From NCBI GenBank assembly GCA_030390025.1, contig CM059425.1, positions 178,314,001-178,378,000 on the forward strand: a stretch of DNA of 64,000 nucleotides, written 5' to 3'. Each line of letters starts with the position of its first letter. Position 1 is the first letter of the stretch. Positions 50,543-61,050 of the stretch are shown one piece after another. The DNA comes from Squalus acanthias (lineage: Eukaryota). The position numbers were made by a program, and so were the translations under genes. The notes below the pieces were generated by a model. The model ran no database searches and was not told where the DNA came from. It was given only the letters and a program-made list of their open reading frames with translations.

Positions 50543-51387
50543 GGGGGCAATTTTGCCAGCCCTGGGGAGGCGGGTATGGAAGCGGGACTGTTGGGGAAAT
50601 GGCAGAATTTGGGCACCCGCCCCCAACCTGTCTCCATGCCATCTTCCCAGGAGGCGGGTAGCCGTCCCACACCGGGTCCTGTCTCCTTGGAGGCGGGAAG
50701 GGATTAAAGCCTATTAACTGCCTGTTAACAGGTAGTTAACAGGCAGAAAATAGGATTATCCCTTTTTTGCCCTCGAGTGCGGGCTTCCCGAAGGCTCCGA
50801 AACCCACCAGCTCAGCTCAGCGAGTAGGGGGTCTGCGGGGGTCGGGGGGGTGCAAAAGTGTACTGAGAAGGTAAGTGATGGGTGCAAGAGTGGAGAGGTG
50901 CATATCTGAGGTAAGTGCAAAGTGTTATTAAAAGTGTACTTACCTTTGTTTCTTCCTGCAGGCTGCAGTCGGTATGTATGCAGAGAGTCTCGCTCCTCCA
51001 CTTTGGGGATGACAGATGGCTGTTGCATTCTCAGATGCAACAACCATCTCATTGCTGTTAAAGAAAGAAGTTTGATGAGGTCTTGAATTCAAGACCTCAT
51101 CAAACTACAGAGAATGTCACTGTTTGACAGCTTCCCACCCCTGACTGTGATCATGTCCGCTCCAAGCCCGACGCACTTACCTGACTACCAAGGAGCGTTC
51201 CCGTGGGTCCCCAGTGGTGGTCTTCCGCCCTCCTTGTCATTCCCGCTGGGTCCGTGTGGGAGTTGGGCTTGTAACTGAGGACTAGTGGTTAAAATGGTTC
51301 AGGCCTCATGCTGGCGAGTCGGGGCAAGACTGCCACTTGTCCTGCTGGCCCCATGCTCACTGCTCGCCCCAGGTTAAAATTGGGCCT
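50543..51387. mobile_element. Harbinger-like MITE, probably chimeric (left ~590 nt belongs to the family of 33821-35353)
   Basis: Left TIR gggggcaattttgcca. Similarity to the 33.8 kb copy stops at about 51135. Different right end aaaattgggcct. Confidence 0.65.
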
Positions 51388-51516
51388 ATAGATTCAAGAA
51401 ACTATTTTATTTAATAAGTGACACTTAATTAATAAGCAAGTCTCATCCTAGCAATGTCACTATAAATATAAGAAGTCGCACAACACCAGGTTATAGTCCA
51501 ACAGATTTATTTAATT

Positions 51517-51554
51517 TTACAAGCTTTCGGAGCTGTCGCTCCTTCGTCAGGTAA
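51517..51554 (-). ncRNA. Minimal hammerhead motif, family 1
   Basis: Reverse complement of the copy at 52206-52243. Confidence 0.8.
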
Positions 51555-52205
51555 GTTAGCAATGAGAGAATCTCCCAGAATTCACAATTTAAACCCAGAC
51601 AAAATCTATTCACATTATTCGCTACAACAAAGAGCACAGCCAAGACAATGAGATGTGTCCCAGGGGGTCCAACGTGTCAAACCACCTGCTGGCTGCATAT
51701 CCTGTCAATTTGTGTTCTTGTGTTAGCCTTTTTAAAAAAAAAAAAACACCTGGGAAGACCGGCCATGATGTCAAGTCACGTTCTGTATCGTGACATGAAC
51801 CCGATATCGCGATTGAGGCTATCCTCATGAGTGCGGAACTTGGCTATCAGTTTCTGCTCTATGATTTTGCGCTGTCGTGTATCTCGAAGGCCGCCTTGGA
51901 CTGATAGCCAAGTTCCGCACTCATGAGGATGGCCTCAATCGCGATATCGGGTTCATGTCACGATACAGAACGTGACTTGACATCATGGCCGGTCTTCCCA
52001 GGTGTTTTTTTTTGGGTTTTTTTTTTAAAAAGGCTAACACAAGAACACAAATTGACAGGATATGCAGCCAGCAGGTGGTTTGACACGTTGGACCCCCTGG
52101 GACACATCTCATTGTCTTGGCTGTGCTCTTTGTTGTAGCGAATAATGTGAATAGATTTTGTCTGGGTTTAAATTGTGAATTCTGGGAGATTCTCTCATTG
52201 CTAAC

Positions 52206-52243
52206 TTACCTGACGAAGGAGCGACAGCTCCGAAAGCTTGTAA
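52206..52243 (+). ncRNA. Minimal hammerhead motif, family 1
   Basis: ttac-CTGACGA-a-ggagc-gaca-gctcc-GAAA-gctt-gtaa. Confidence 0.82.
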
Positions 52244-52448
52244 AATTAAATAAATCTGTTGGACTATAACCTGGTGTTGTGCGACTTCTCATTTTTGTCC
52301 ACCCCAGTCCAACGCCGGCATCTCCACATCATGACTATAAATATAACCAGCACACTAAACATTTGATGCAAAAACAATATTTCTGGGTAATGTTCAGCTG
52401 TTAATTATTCACAGACAAAACCAGTACAACAACTTGCATTTATATAGT

Positions 52449-54442
52449 ACAAAAGCAAAATACTGCGGATGCTGGAAATCTGAAATAAAAACAGAAAATG
52501 ATGGAAATACTCAGCAGGTCAGGCAGCATCTGTGGAGAGAGAAACACAGTTAACATTTCAGGTCGATAACCTTTCATCAGAACTGGAAAAGGTTAGAGAT
52601 ATAACAGATTTTAAGCAAGTGCAGGGGCAGGGAAAGGGGGGAGGGGAGGCAAGAACAAAAGGGAAGGTCTGTCATCGGGTGGAAGGCAAAAGAGATTAAA
52701 TGACAAAAGGGATGATGGTGCAAGGCAAAAGGGGATGGTAATGGGACAAGTAAAGAATCAAAAGATCCCTCTACACCTCCATCCCCTACCAGGAGAGCCT
52801 GAGGGCCCTCCACTACTTCCTTGAATGGAGGCCCAACCAGTCCCCATCCACCATCACCCTCGTCTGCCTGGCTGAACATGTTCTCACATTGAACAACTTC
52901 TCCTTAACTTCACTCACTTCCTCCAAATAAAATGTGTTGCTATGGGATCTGTATGGGTCCTAGCTATGCCTGCCTTTTCATAGGATATGTGGAACACTCT
53001 TTGTTCTAGTCCTGCTCAGGTCCCCTCCCTCATCTCTTTTTCCGGTACATTGATGACTGTATCGGTGCTGTTTCCTGCTCTCGCCCCGAACTGGAAAATG
53101 TCATCAACTTTGCTTCCAATTTCCACCCTTCCCTTGCCTTCACATGGTCCAACATGTTCCGACTCTTCCCTTCCCTTTCTCGACTTCTCTAACTCCATTT
53201 CTGGGGATACGCTATCGACCCAATACCCACTATAAGCCCACCGGCTCCCACAGCTACCTTGGCTACACTTCCTCCCACCTCACCTCCTGTAAGGACTCTA
53301 ATTCCATCCTACCAGTTTCTCCGTCTCCGTTGCATCTGTTCTGACGATGCCACCTTCGATACCAGTGCTTCCAATATGTCTTCCTTTTTCCTCAACCGAG
53401 GATTCCCTTCCATCATGGTTGACAGGGCCTTCGACTGTATCTGGCCCATTTCCCGCACTTCTGCTCTCCCCCCCGCCCCCTTCCCTCCCTCCCCAGAACC
53501 ACAATAGAGTTCCTCTTGCCCTCACCTTCCACCCCACCAGCCTCCACACTCAACGGGTCATCCTCCGCAATTTCCGCCACATACAGCGTGATGCCGCCAC
53601 CAAACGGGTCTTCTCCTACCCTACCCTCTCAGCATTTGGAAGGGACCACTCCCTCCGCAAAACCCTGGTCCACTCCTCAATCAACCCCTCCCCTTCCCAC
53701 GGCACCTTCCAGTGCAAGCACAGGATATGCAGCACCTGCCCTTTTACCTCCTCCCTTTCCACCGTCCAGGGCCCCAAGCACTCCTTCCAGGTGAAACAGT
53801 GATTTACTTGTACTTCTTTCAATTTAGTATACTATATTCGCTGCTCATGATGCGGTCTCCTCTACATCAGGGAGATCAAATGTAGATTGCGTGACTGCTT
53901 TACAGAACACCTCCGTTCAGTCCGCAAGCGTGACCCCAAGCTTCGGGTCGCCTGTCATTTTAATTCTCCGTCCCACTCCTACCTCTTTCTCCTCGGCCTC
54001 TTACATTGAGCTTCATTAGAACAGTGTAAGCTCGAGGAACAACACCTCATCTTTTGATTAGGCACTTTACAGCCTTCCGGACTCAACATTAGTTCAACAA
54101 TTTCAGATCATAACCACTGCCCCCATTGTTTTGGACAACAGCTGTTGATGATTCTGCTATTCCCATTTACACCTCCTTTTGTTTGTTTGTCCCATTAACA
54201 CCCCCTTTTGTCTTGCCATCATCCCTTTTGTCATTTAATCTCTCCTGCCTATCACAGACCTTCCCTTTTGTTTTTTTCCTCCCCTCCCCCTTTTCCCTGC
54301 CTCCGTACTTGCTTAAAACCTGTTACATCTCTAACTTTTTCCAGTTCTGATGAAAGGTCATCGACCTGAATCGTTAACCGAGGAGAAAGAGGTAGGAGTG
54401 GGACGGAGAATTAAAATGACAAGCGACCCGAAGCTTGGGGTC

Positions 54443-54514
<72 letters not shown>

Positions 54515-54553
54515 CAAATGCTGCCTGACCTGCTGAGTATTTCCAGCATTTTC
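52449..54553 (+). mobile_element. PLE family 2 (RT + GIY-YIG, decayed) with an inverted upstream pLTR
   Basis: Inverted pLTR at 52449-~52765, then SLYTSIP, AMG..MGPSYA, RYIDD (~53043), CKHRICSTC and YTIRC. 14-bp TSD TGCATTTATATAGT at 52435-52448 and 54554-54567. Hammerhead motifs at 52548-52584 (-) and 54343-54378 (+, GAAT variant). Confidence 0.9.
54448..54511. repeat. (CT)n microsatellite expanded inside the PLE pLTR
   Basis: About 32 CT units, where sister copies have ttctctctcc. Confidence 0.95.
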
Positions 54554-55102
54554 TGCATTTATATAGTGCCTTAATGGTGCTTCACAGAAATTTCAGGTAT
54601 CAGGAATTCATTGAACTTAAAGGAAAACAGATGTAGCAAAATATAACTGATGTGGTTATAATATGTCAACAATGCAACAATGATTGAATGGACTTAATAA
54701 AATGAGCACACTTTTCCAGTATGATGTTTCATTATGGTAGAGTGCCTCTTTGATTAGTCAAATCACAGAACAAAAAAACAGTCATTCAGAATCAATCATT
54801 CCAGATTTTCATTCAATCAGATCCCATTGTGATTTTAATATACTACAAAAAAAAATGTCTTGGGCTTACAGTTGTTACGACAGTTTCCCATCTCCACTAT
54901 CTGTACCCCTAAAAAACTGTATAATGTAATACTACTCTCTCAAACTACCACATCCGCTTTCTGATCTGAACTTTCTTGTAGCTCAACATGAGTTAAACCA
55001 AAGACATCATCTTGGTTCTCATCAGTGCCTAAATACAACTGATTTCATAAGTATCCCCAGCTGCTGATTCAGCTTAAATCTGGTGGTGTGCAGTCTTCGC
55101 AA

Positions 55103-55417
55103 TCTGCGGTTTCCTCCCACAGTCCAAAAATGTGCGGGTTAGGTTGATTTGGCTATGATAAATTGACCCTTAGTGTTAGGGGGGGATTAAATATGTGGGG
55201 TTACGGGGATAGGATGGGATATGTTAGGGGGAATTAAATACGTGGGGTTACGGGGATAGGGTGGGATATGTGTCGGTGCAGGCTCGATGGGGATTCTGTG
55301 TGAGGGGGCAGGGACAGGGTGCTGCATTTGGATGATCAGCCATGATCGTATTGAATGGTGGAGCAGGCTCGACGGGCCGAATGGCCTATTCCTGCTCCTA
55401 GTTTCTATGTTTCTATG
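55103..55417 (+). mobile_element. 5'-truncated HE1-like SINE with a second CR1 tail
   Basis: Same structure as 34325-34633. Confidence 0.8.
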
Positions 55418-55419
55418 CT

Positions 55420-55690
55420 CAGTGCAAAGTTTATTTTCCTATCCCACATCCAGTCAGTCACAAAGACTGTACTTTTCCACCTCCGTAACATTGCCCACTT
55501 GCAGTCCCAGCACACTTCCTCCACCATTGGAAATCCTAATCCATGCCTTTATCATCTCAAGAATTGTCGTCTTGAATAGTCTCCTCTCCTCCCCATCATT
55601 CACAAACTCCAGTTGATCTAGAATTTTGTGACCCAAATTATTTCTCATACGACGCCCCGCAAACTCATTACCCTTGTTCTTGCCAAGCTT
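55420..55690 (+). mobile_element. L2 LINE ORF2 fragment
   Basis: HIQSVTKTVLFHLRNIA..EILIHAFIISRI. Confidence 0.65.
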
Positions 55691-56066
55691 CACTTGGAGG
55701 AGGAAAGAGAACTAGAAGTGGAGGAGGAAAGATAGTGAGTGACAGACATACAGAAAGAAAGAGGAAAGAGACATACAAAGAGAGAGAGAGGCAGAGAAAA
55801 AGGTACACAGACGAGACAGACGAGGAGAAACGAGGAATAGAGCAAAATAGTCAAACCGATGCAGAGTCGTCGAAAAAGAGTGTCAGAATATAGAGCGATG
55901 GAGTGTGAAAGACAAAGCGAGAACAAGATTTAGTAGGAGATGAACAGAAAGAAGATTACAGGATTTTTGAAGCATTTTTGTTCATGATCAGTACTATGAG
56001 AGATCAACAAAACTCTAATGCAGAGGTAGAAAAATGCCCCACAGAGGAACAAAGGAAGGACACATT

Positions 56067-56829
56067 GGGCCAGAAATTCAGCTTTCAGGCTTCCTGCGGG
56101 TGCAAGCATCGCGCGCGTACTTGCCCACCGCGCCTGCAGTTGTGCTTTGGGCCCACGAGGACTTCGGGTCCTGGGCCTCCTCCAGCTGCCGGCGCACAGT
56201 GCTTGTGTATCCCAGGGGCGCAGTTAGTTCGAAGCGTCCCCTGGGATCACGTGGGCCATGGAGAGCCAATCCTAGCAGGGCATTTTCATTCATAGATTTG
56301 ACAGGAAGACCTGTCAAATCTATGAATAGAGATCGGCCCCAAAACCACACTTAAACTTCAAATAAATTTTTTTTAAATGTCACATTTTTAAAATAACTAT
56401 AAGTTAAATATATTAACTACGTTAAACAAAAATTTAAATTTTTGAAAAAATTAATTATACTTTAATGGTGCTAAAAATAAACTTACCTTTCTTTAAAGTA
56501 TCTAAAAAAGATAAACCTATTGAAAAAATGTTTAAATTGTAATTAATTAACCACTTACCTTGTTAAAAACAGGCCTTGCGCCTCCTTTTTAAAAGCGCAG
56601 CTTCTTCATACTTACCTTCCCGGAGAAACCTGAAAAAAAAAATCGAAGTTCGCTGCGTGCGCGCTGCCTCTCCCGTGCACGCGTTCGACTTCTGAACCCC
56701 TCCCTTCAGGGGAACGGAAGTTCCGGTTTCCCGTGCATGCGCAGCGCATGCAGGAAACCGGCACTTCAGATGGCCTTACAGGTGAGTACACAGCGCGTAG
56801 TCACCCGACAACAGCTGAATTTTTGGCCC
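56067..56829. mobile_element. Harbinger-like MITE with internal hairpins, inserted in an L2 remnant (to ~57190, minus strand)
   Basis: 17-bp TIR gggccagaaattcagct / agctgaatttttggccc, in a palindromic target cacatt...aatgtg. Confidence 0.8.
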
Positions 56830-59800
56830 AATGTGGTGTTGACAGGTGATCAAGGCTTGGTCAAATAGATATGTCTTGAGGCTGTAAAAGTAACAGGTGG
56901 TAAATAGAGACATGGAGGGTTTTAGGAAAGAGATCCAGATAATAGGGCTGAGACAGCTGAAGGCTCTATCACCAATGGTGAAGCAGATGTGAGCGGTAGA
57001 GCCACAGAAAACCAAAATCAGAGAATGGAGCACACAGGAGAGAATGTAAGACTGGAGAAGGTTGCAGAGGTGGAGGGATTTATAATGAATACAAGGGTTT
57101 TAGATTTGTTGCATTGGCAGAAAGCAAGGGTAGATTGGTAAAAATGGAGGTGGTGAGTGCAGGCCATGTTTTGTACAAATTGAAGTTTATTGAGACAGGA
57201 AATATAAATATGTGGGGCCTGTTAAAGGTACATGGGCAAAACAACAATTTGTGTTAATATTTTCTTGAACTGTGACTGTGTCTGACATTTATTGTTTAAA
57301 TCTTTACTATTAGAAACAACCTTTAGTATTGGTGTTTAACTACAATATGTTTTGTAAATTGCTTTGGGTGGTAACAAATGAGCAAGATGATAGTTAAGCA
57401 CAGTAGCATTTCTAATGTAATTAATGCATATTTCAGCTTGGTAAAAACCAAATTATTTGTTTTCTTGGGCCATTTATCTGGATATTGCAGGGGGGAAAAG
57501 TGATGCAATTTAGTCTCGAGTGCCACCTGACATTGATACACTGCACTGAAGACTGGAATTCCGTTAAATCTGTAATGAGCATTAGGAGATCCAACTAGAT
57601 ATTCACAGTAACAATTAAGTGAGTGTTTGATGTTTCCACTGCAATAGGAGAGCGCATCTCTGTGGAAAAGTGTGGAGTGACAGAGTACAGTGTCTCTATG
57701 AAGTGGGTTCAGAGGGGTACAATGCTTCTGTAAAGGGGGGGGGGGGAGAGATCATTGAATGCAAGGGAGTTCCTGTTGAGATAACTCTTGGGGGAAAATG
57801 GTGCTCTTTGGCTGTTCTGTTGAATATGCAAATGTCAATTCTTTCTCCTTTTTTAGGTTTAAAAATCTATTTGTGAAAGTATGAAAATGCTTAAAATGAA
57901 CCAGAATGCATGATTTTAAAGTAAAAATGTAAAATTTTCATGGGGAGCATGGACCTCCTACTAGTTTGTTTCCAACATTTTGATTTCCTTATTCAGGTTG
58001 TCATGTACTTACTTTTTTTCCCCCTCCAATGTAATTGTTTAGTACACCTCCTATTTAAATGACAACCCTATGTAACTACTCTGTTTTCACACGTAAGGGC
58101 CATCCTTGTCAGCTTATTTGGGGCTGTGTCGGTTTTTGGTTGTATTTTAGGTTGGCATGCCATGGGTACTACAACTTTCTGTCATGTTGCAACAAAGATG
58201 CAGGGAATTTAAACAAGATGTACACTTCAGCTTTATCAAATTACATCACAGTTTTTGACACAAATAGAACTAACTTCTAAATGATCAATAATTGACGGTA
58301 CACAAGGATGGGTCGAATTGTATGATCAAAAACTTGAGCCCTTACTTGATCAATGGGTATCAGCAACAGCTTTTGGATTCCAATCCTTTTTAGCATGTCT
58401 TTTGACCATGTAGTTCTTGGAGGCTTCCAGAATGTGCCAATGGTCTTTTTTAGTGGTGCAGATAGAATGAAAGGCTCGTATGCCTAACTGTTGTCCCAGA
58501 ACAGCTCAGTTACAACACGTATGCTAATGATGTTGTCATTGCTGCTCATTTGCAGTGTAGATTCTGGTGCTGTAGATACCGGTGAAAAGTTGAACTTTCC
58601 ATAAAACCCATCCATGGGGATTACCCTGCCGCAGGGTGATTCCTGCTCTCCACCTTACCATAAAACCTAGGTCTAACATCAAGAATGAAGTAATCTCCTT
58701 ACTTGGGGAGTTTGTTCACATAACTTTCTAGTTTGGATAAGTTCAGCAACTGCAAAGAGATTGTCTGATTACTTGCTTTGCTTGAAGTTCTGGGTGTTCT
58801 CTTCCACAGTAATGCCTTCCTTTCCATATACGTGTGAGTTTATCCTCTTTCTCCCAAATAAAACCATAGCCGTGATCATTGATGGCTAGAAGCTTTCAAC
58901 CTGCCATGCTTGCTCTCTGTCCCAGGAAATAATAGGCTGGCATCATGTTAGGAATTTGTTCCTTCTCTCAACTGGATGGAGGAGGTAATCCAAAAATAGG
59001 ACTGGCGTTAGCCAGGAAGATCTGGAATTGAGTGACTGGCTGTTGACTGCTTCCACTGGAGGCTGCCCTAATTTAAAAAAAAACAGTAGGAGATGGAGGA
59101 GAAACTCAACACAGCCTATATATGAAAAAATAGGTTGTTCTGGCAAACAGAAACAACAGTGGGAATAATGCAAGCATTTGAGACCGTACAGCCATTGTGG
59201 AGATAGCAAAGTCATTCGAGATGAATAAGTGGTTAGTGTGCATGTGTGTCTGTTAAAGTGTCAGCCAATCGCTGTTAAATTATTATGCAGTTGAGGAAAA
59301 AGGTGTCTAATTGACTGTCATTATGCTTGTGAAATTTTCCTAATAAATGTTCTTACAGTTACTTTCCAAAACTCCTCAAATATTTCAAATCAACACATCG
59401 TGCATGCTGAATTGTCTGGGGGCTTTGACCATGCTGAGTGGCAAAAGCTGAAACTTCTTTTGAAGCTATAGAAAACCAAACTTCACTCTGAACAAGTCAA
59501 TGAAAGTATAGAGCCATACTTGGATTTATAAAATGTATTTTCCATCCTTATGTACAATAATAGGATGTGCCAGTAATCACTGCACAGTTGAATAGAAATA
59601 TCCTTTTTGTAATTCAATTCATTAATAAAGATGCAGCTGAGACAGTTCAACTGTGACAACTGTAGGGCACTGTTCTCAAGAATAATGCTCAATTTCATCT
59701 GTATCTTTATCACTTACAGAAACTGTATTGAGCAATTAAGAGCTGGAAAAGAAGTTGTGTAGAACGCACAAGACTACAGTTATGATTTTTAGAAAAACAA

Positions 59801-60186
59801 TTTTGAAGATGAGTTGATTTAGTTTTTTGGTAAACAGATTTTCACAATGTTTGAAGTTCCATTAGTTGATCTAATAGAGCTTTTCCAAGTCATACCATTT
59901 CTGGCATTCATTACAACTGTTTCGCTGGCTACAAAGTTTAAATATCTCTGGGGGAAAAATGAATAACGTTTCTACAATTGATTGATGTGGGAAGTGCTGA
60001 CTGTTTAATTGGTGCAATTTGATTTTCTCTCAATATTTTTAAGGCTTCGTTCCCATTGGTTGCTGATGTGCACTTGGAATGGATAGTTTATTATCTTTGT
60101 AATAAACCAAATTGAATACCATTTTTTGTGGTTAGTGAAATGCATTCACTTTACAAATTAAAAAAATATTTTTGTTTTAAATACAG

Positions 60187-60246
60187 AATACAGAAAAGGT
60201 TTTTGTGGAATTTAACCATGGAGAACTTTTAGAATTTTACAACAAG
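60187..60246 (+). CDS. COMMD10: COMM domain-containing protein 10, penultimate coding exon (60 nt, phase 0-0)
   Basis: tttgttttaaatacAG acceptor and AAG|GTGAGT donor. Translates NTEKVFVEFNHGELLEFYNK, matching the recalled human COMMD10 segment SLEKVLVEFSHKELFDFYNK. Confidence 0.95.
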
Positions 60247-60444
60247 GTGAGTAATTCTTTATTTGTGGTGAATCTATAAATTGACAGTCCACTTCCTAGT
60301 ATTGACTTTACAACAAACATTAGTAATGACCAGCACACTTCTTATTTACTGTGAAAAACATTTTGCATCTTGATTGAATATTCAACTTATTTGTAAGAGT
60401 GCCAACTTTGCCTTAAAGAAAGCCTTTTTGGCTCCCCAATAGAT

Positions 60445-61050
60445 CGGCCAGTTTATCCAGAGAGCTGCTGAGTCATACAGTTAAGGTAGGTTTTTGAGCC
60501 TGTTGATCTCGGCCAGGGTGGTGGTAAGGGCCCTACTATCACTCTGAGTTAGGGAGGGGAAACCCGGGCAGTGTTCCTGATCACTATACAGCGATGTTTG
60601 CTAGAAGTATACGTGTGGACCTTTGGTGAGGATGAATCCAGCTTAGCTGTGATGCTCTCGCCTTCTTCCTCTCCTGTAAGAGTGACGGCTTGCTGAGTTA
60701 CAATTCAACAGTTACTAGATGCACTCCAGCACCTCGGGTAAGTGGTCATCATTCATGTGTGAGCCCTCAACCATGAGTGACGGTAGACTATCTGACTGGA
60801 GGGGGCATCACAGTTGACCCTGATCCTGTTTGCACTGTACATCCACACACATACTTTCCAGTTTGTAACATTAATAGCGATCAGGGGCAAGAATCCTGAC
60901 TGATTTCTCTCCTCCCAACCCAAAGGTCCTGAAGCCAATTTTAATCACGCCACCAAAACCGAGATCAGGTAACTAAGCGAAGACTGGAGATTGAAATTGG
61001 TACTTCCTGATCTGTATAGCTCAGTTACTCACAGGATAAACTCATTGGGT
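60445..61050. mobile_element. Two inverted copies of an old unclassified SINE-like repeat
   Basis: 60445-60720 (+) and 60740-61050 (-) share ..gtgtggac...gagga..a.tc.agct..gctgtgatgc.. Related fragments lie near 30210, 31180, 32150-32430 and 44430-44870. Confidence 0.45.

Larger units (their letters stand above)
51472..52333. mobile_element. PLE family 1 (distinct subfamily) fold-back insertion: 381/390-bp arms, 48-nt loop, one-sided tail
   Basis: Arms 51471-51851 and 51900-52289. 13-bp TSD ACTATAAATATAA at 51459-51471 and 52334-52346. Includes the GIY-YIG C-terminus IAKFRTHEDGLNRD. Confidence 0.93.

Noticed and set aside
51622..52138. Four duplicated short ORFs on both strands
   Set aside because: These are artefacts of the palindrome in PLE 3' UTR sequence.
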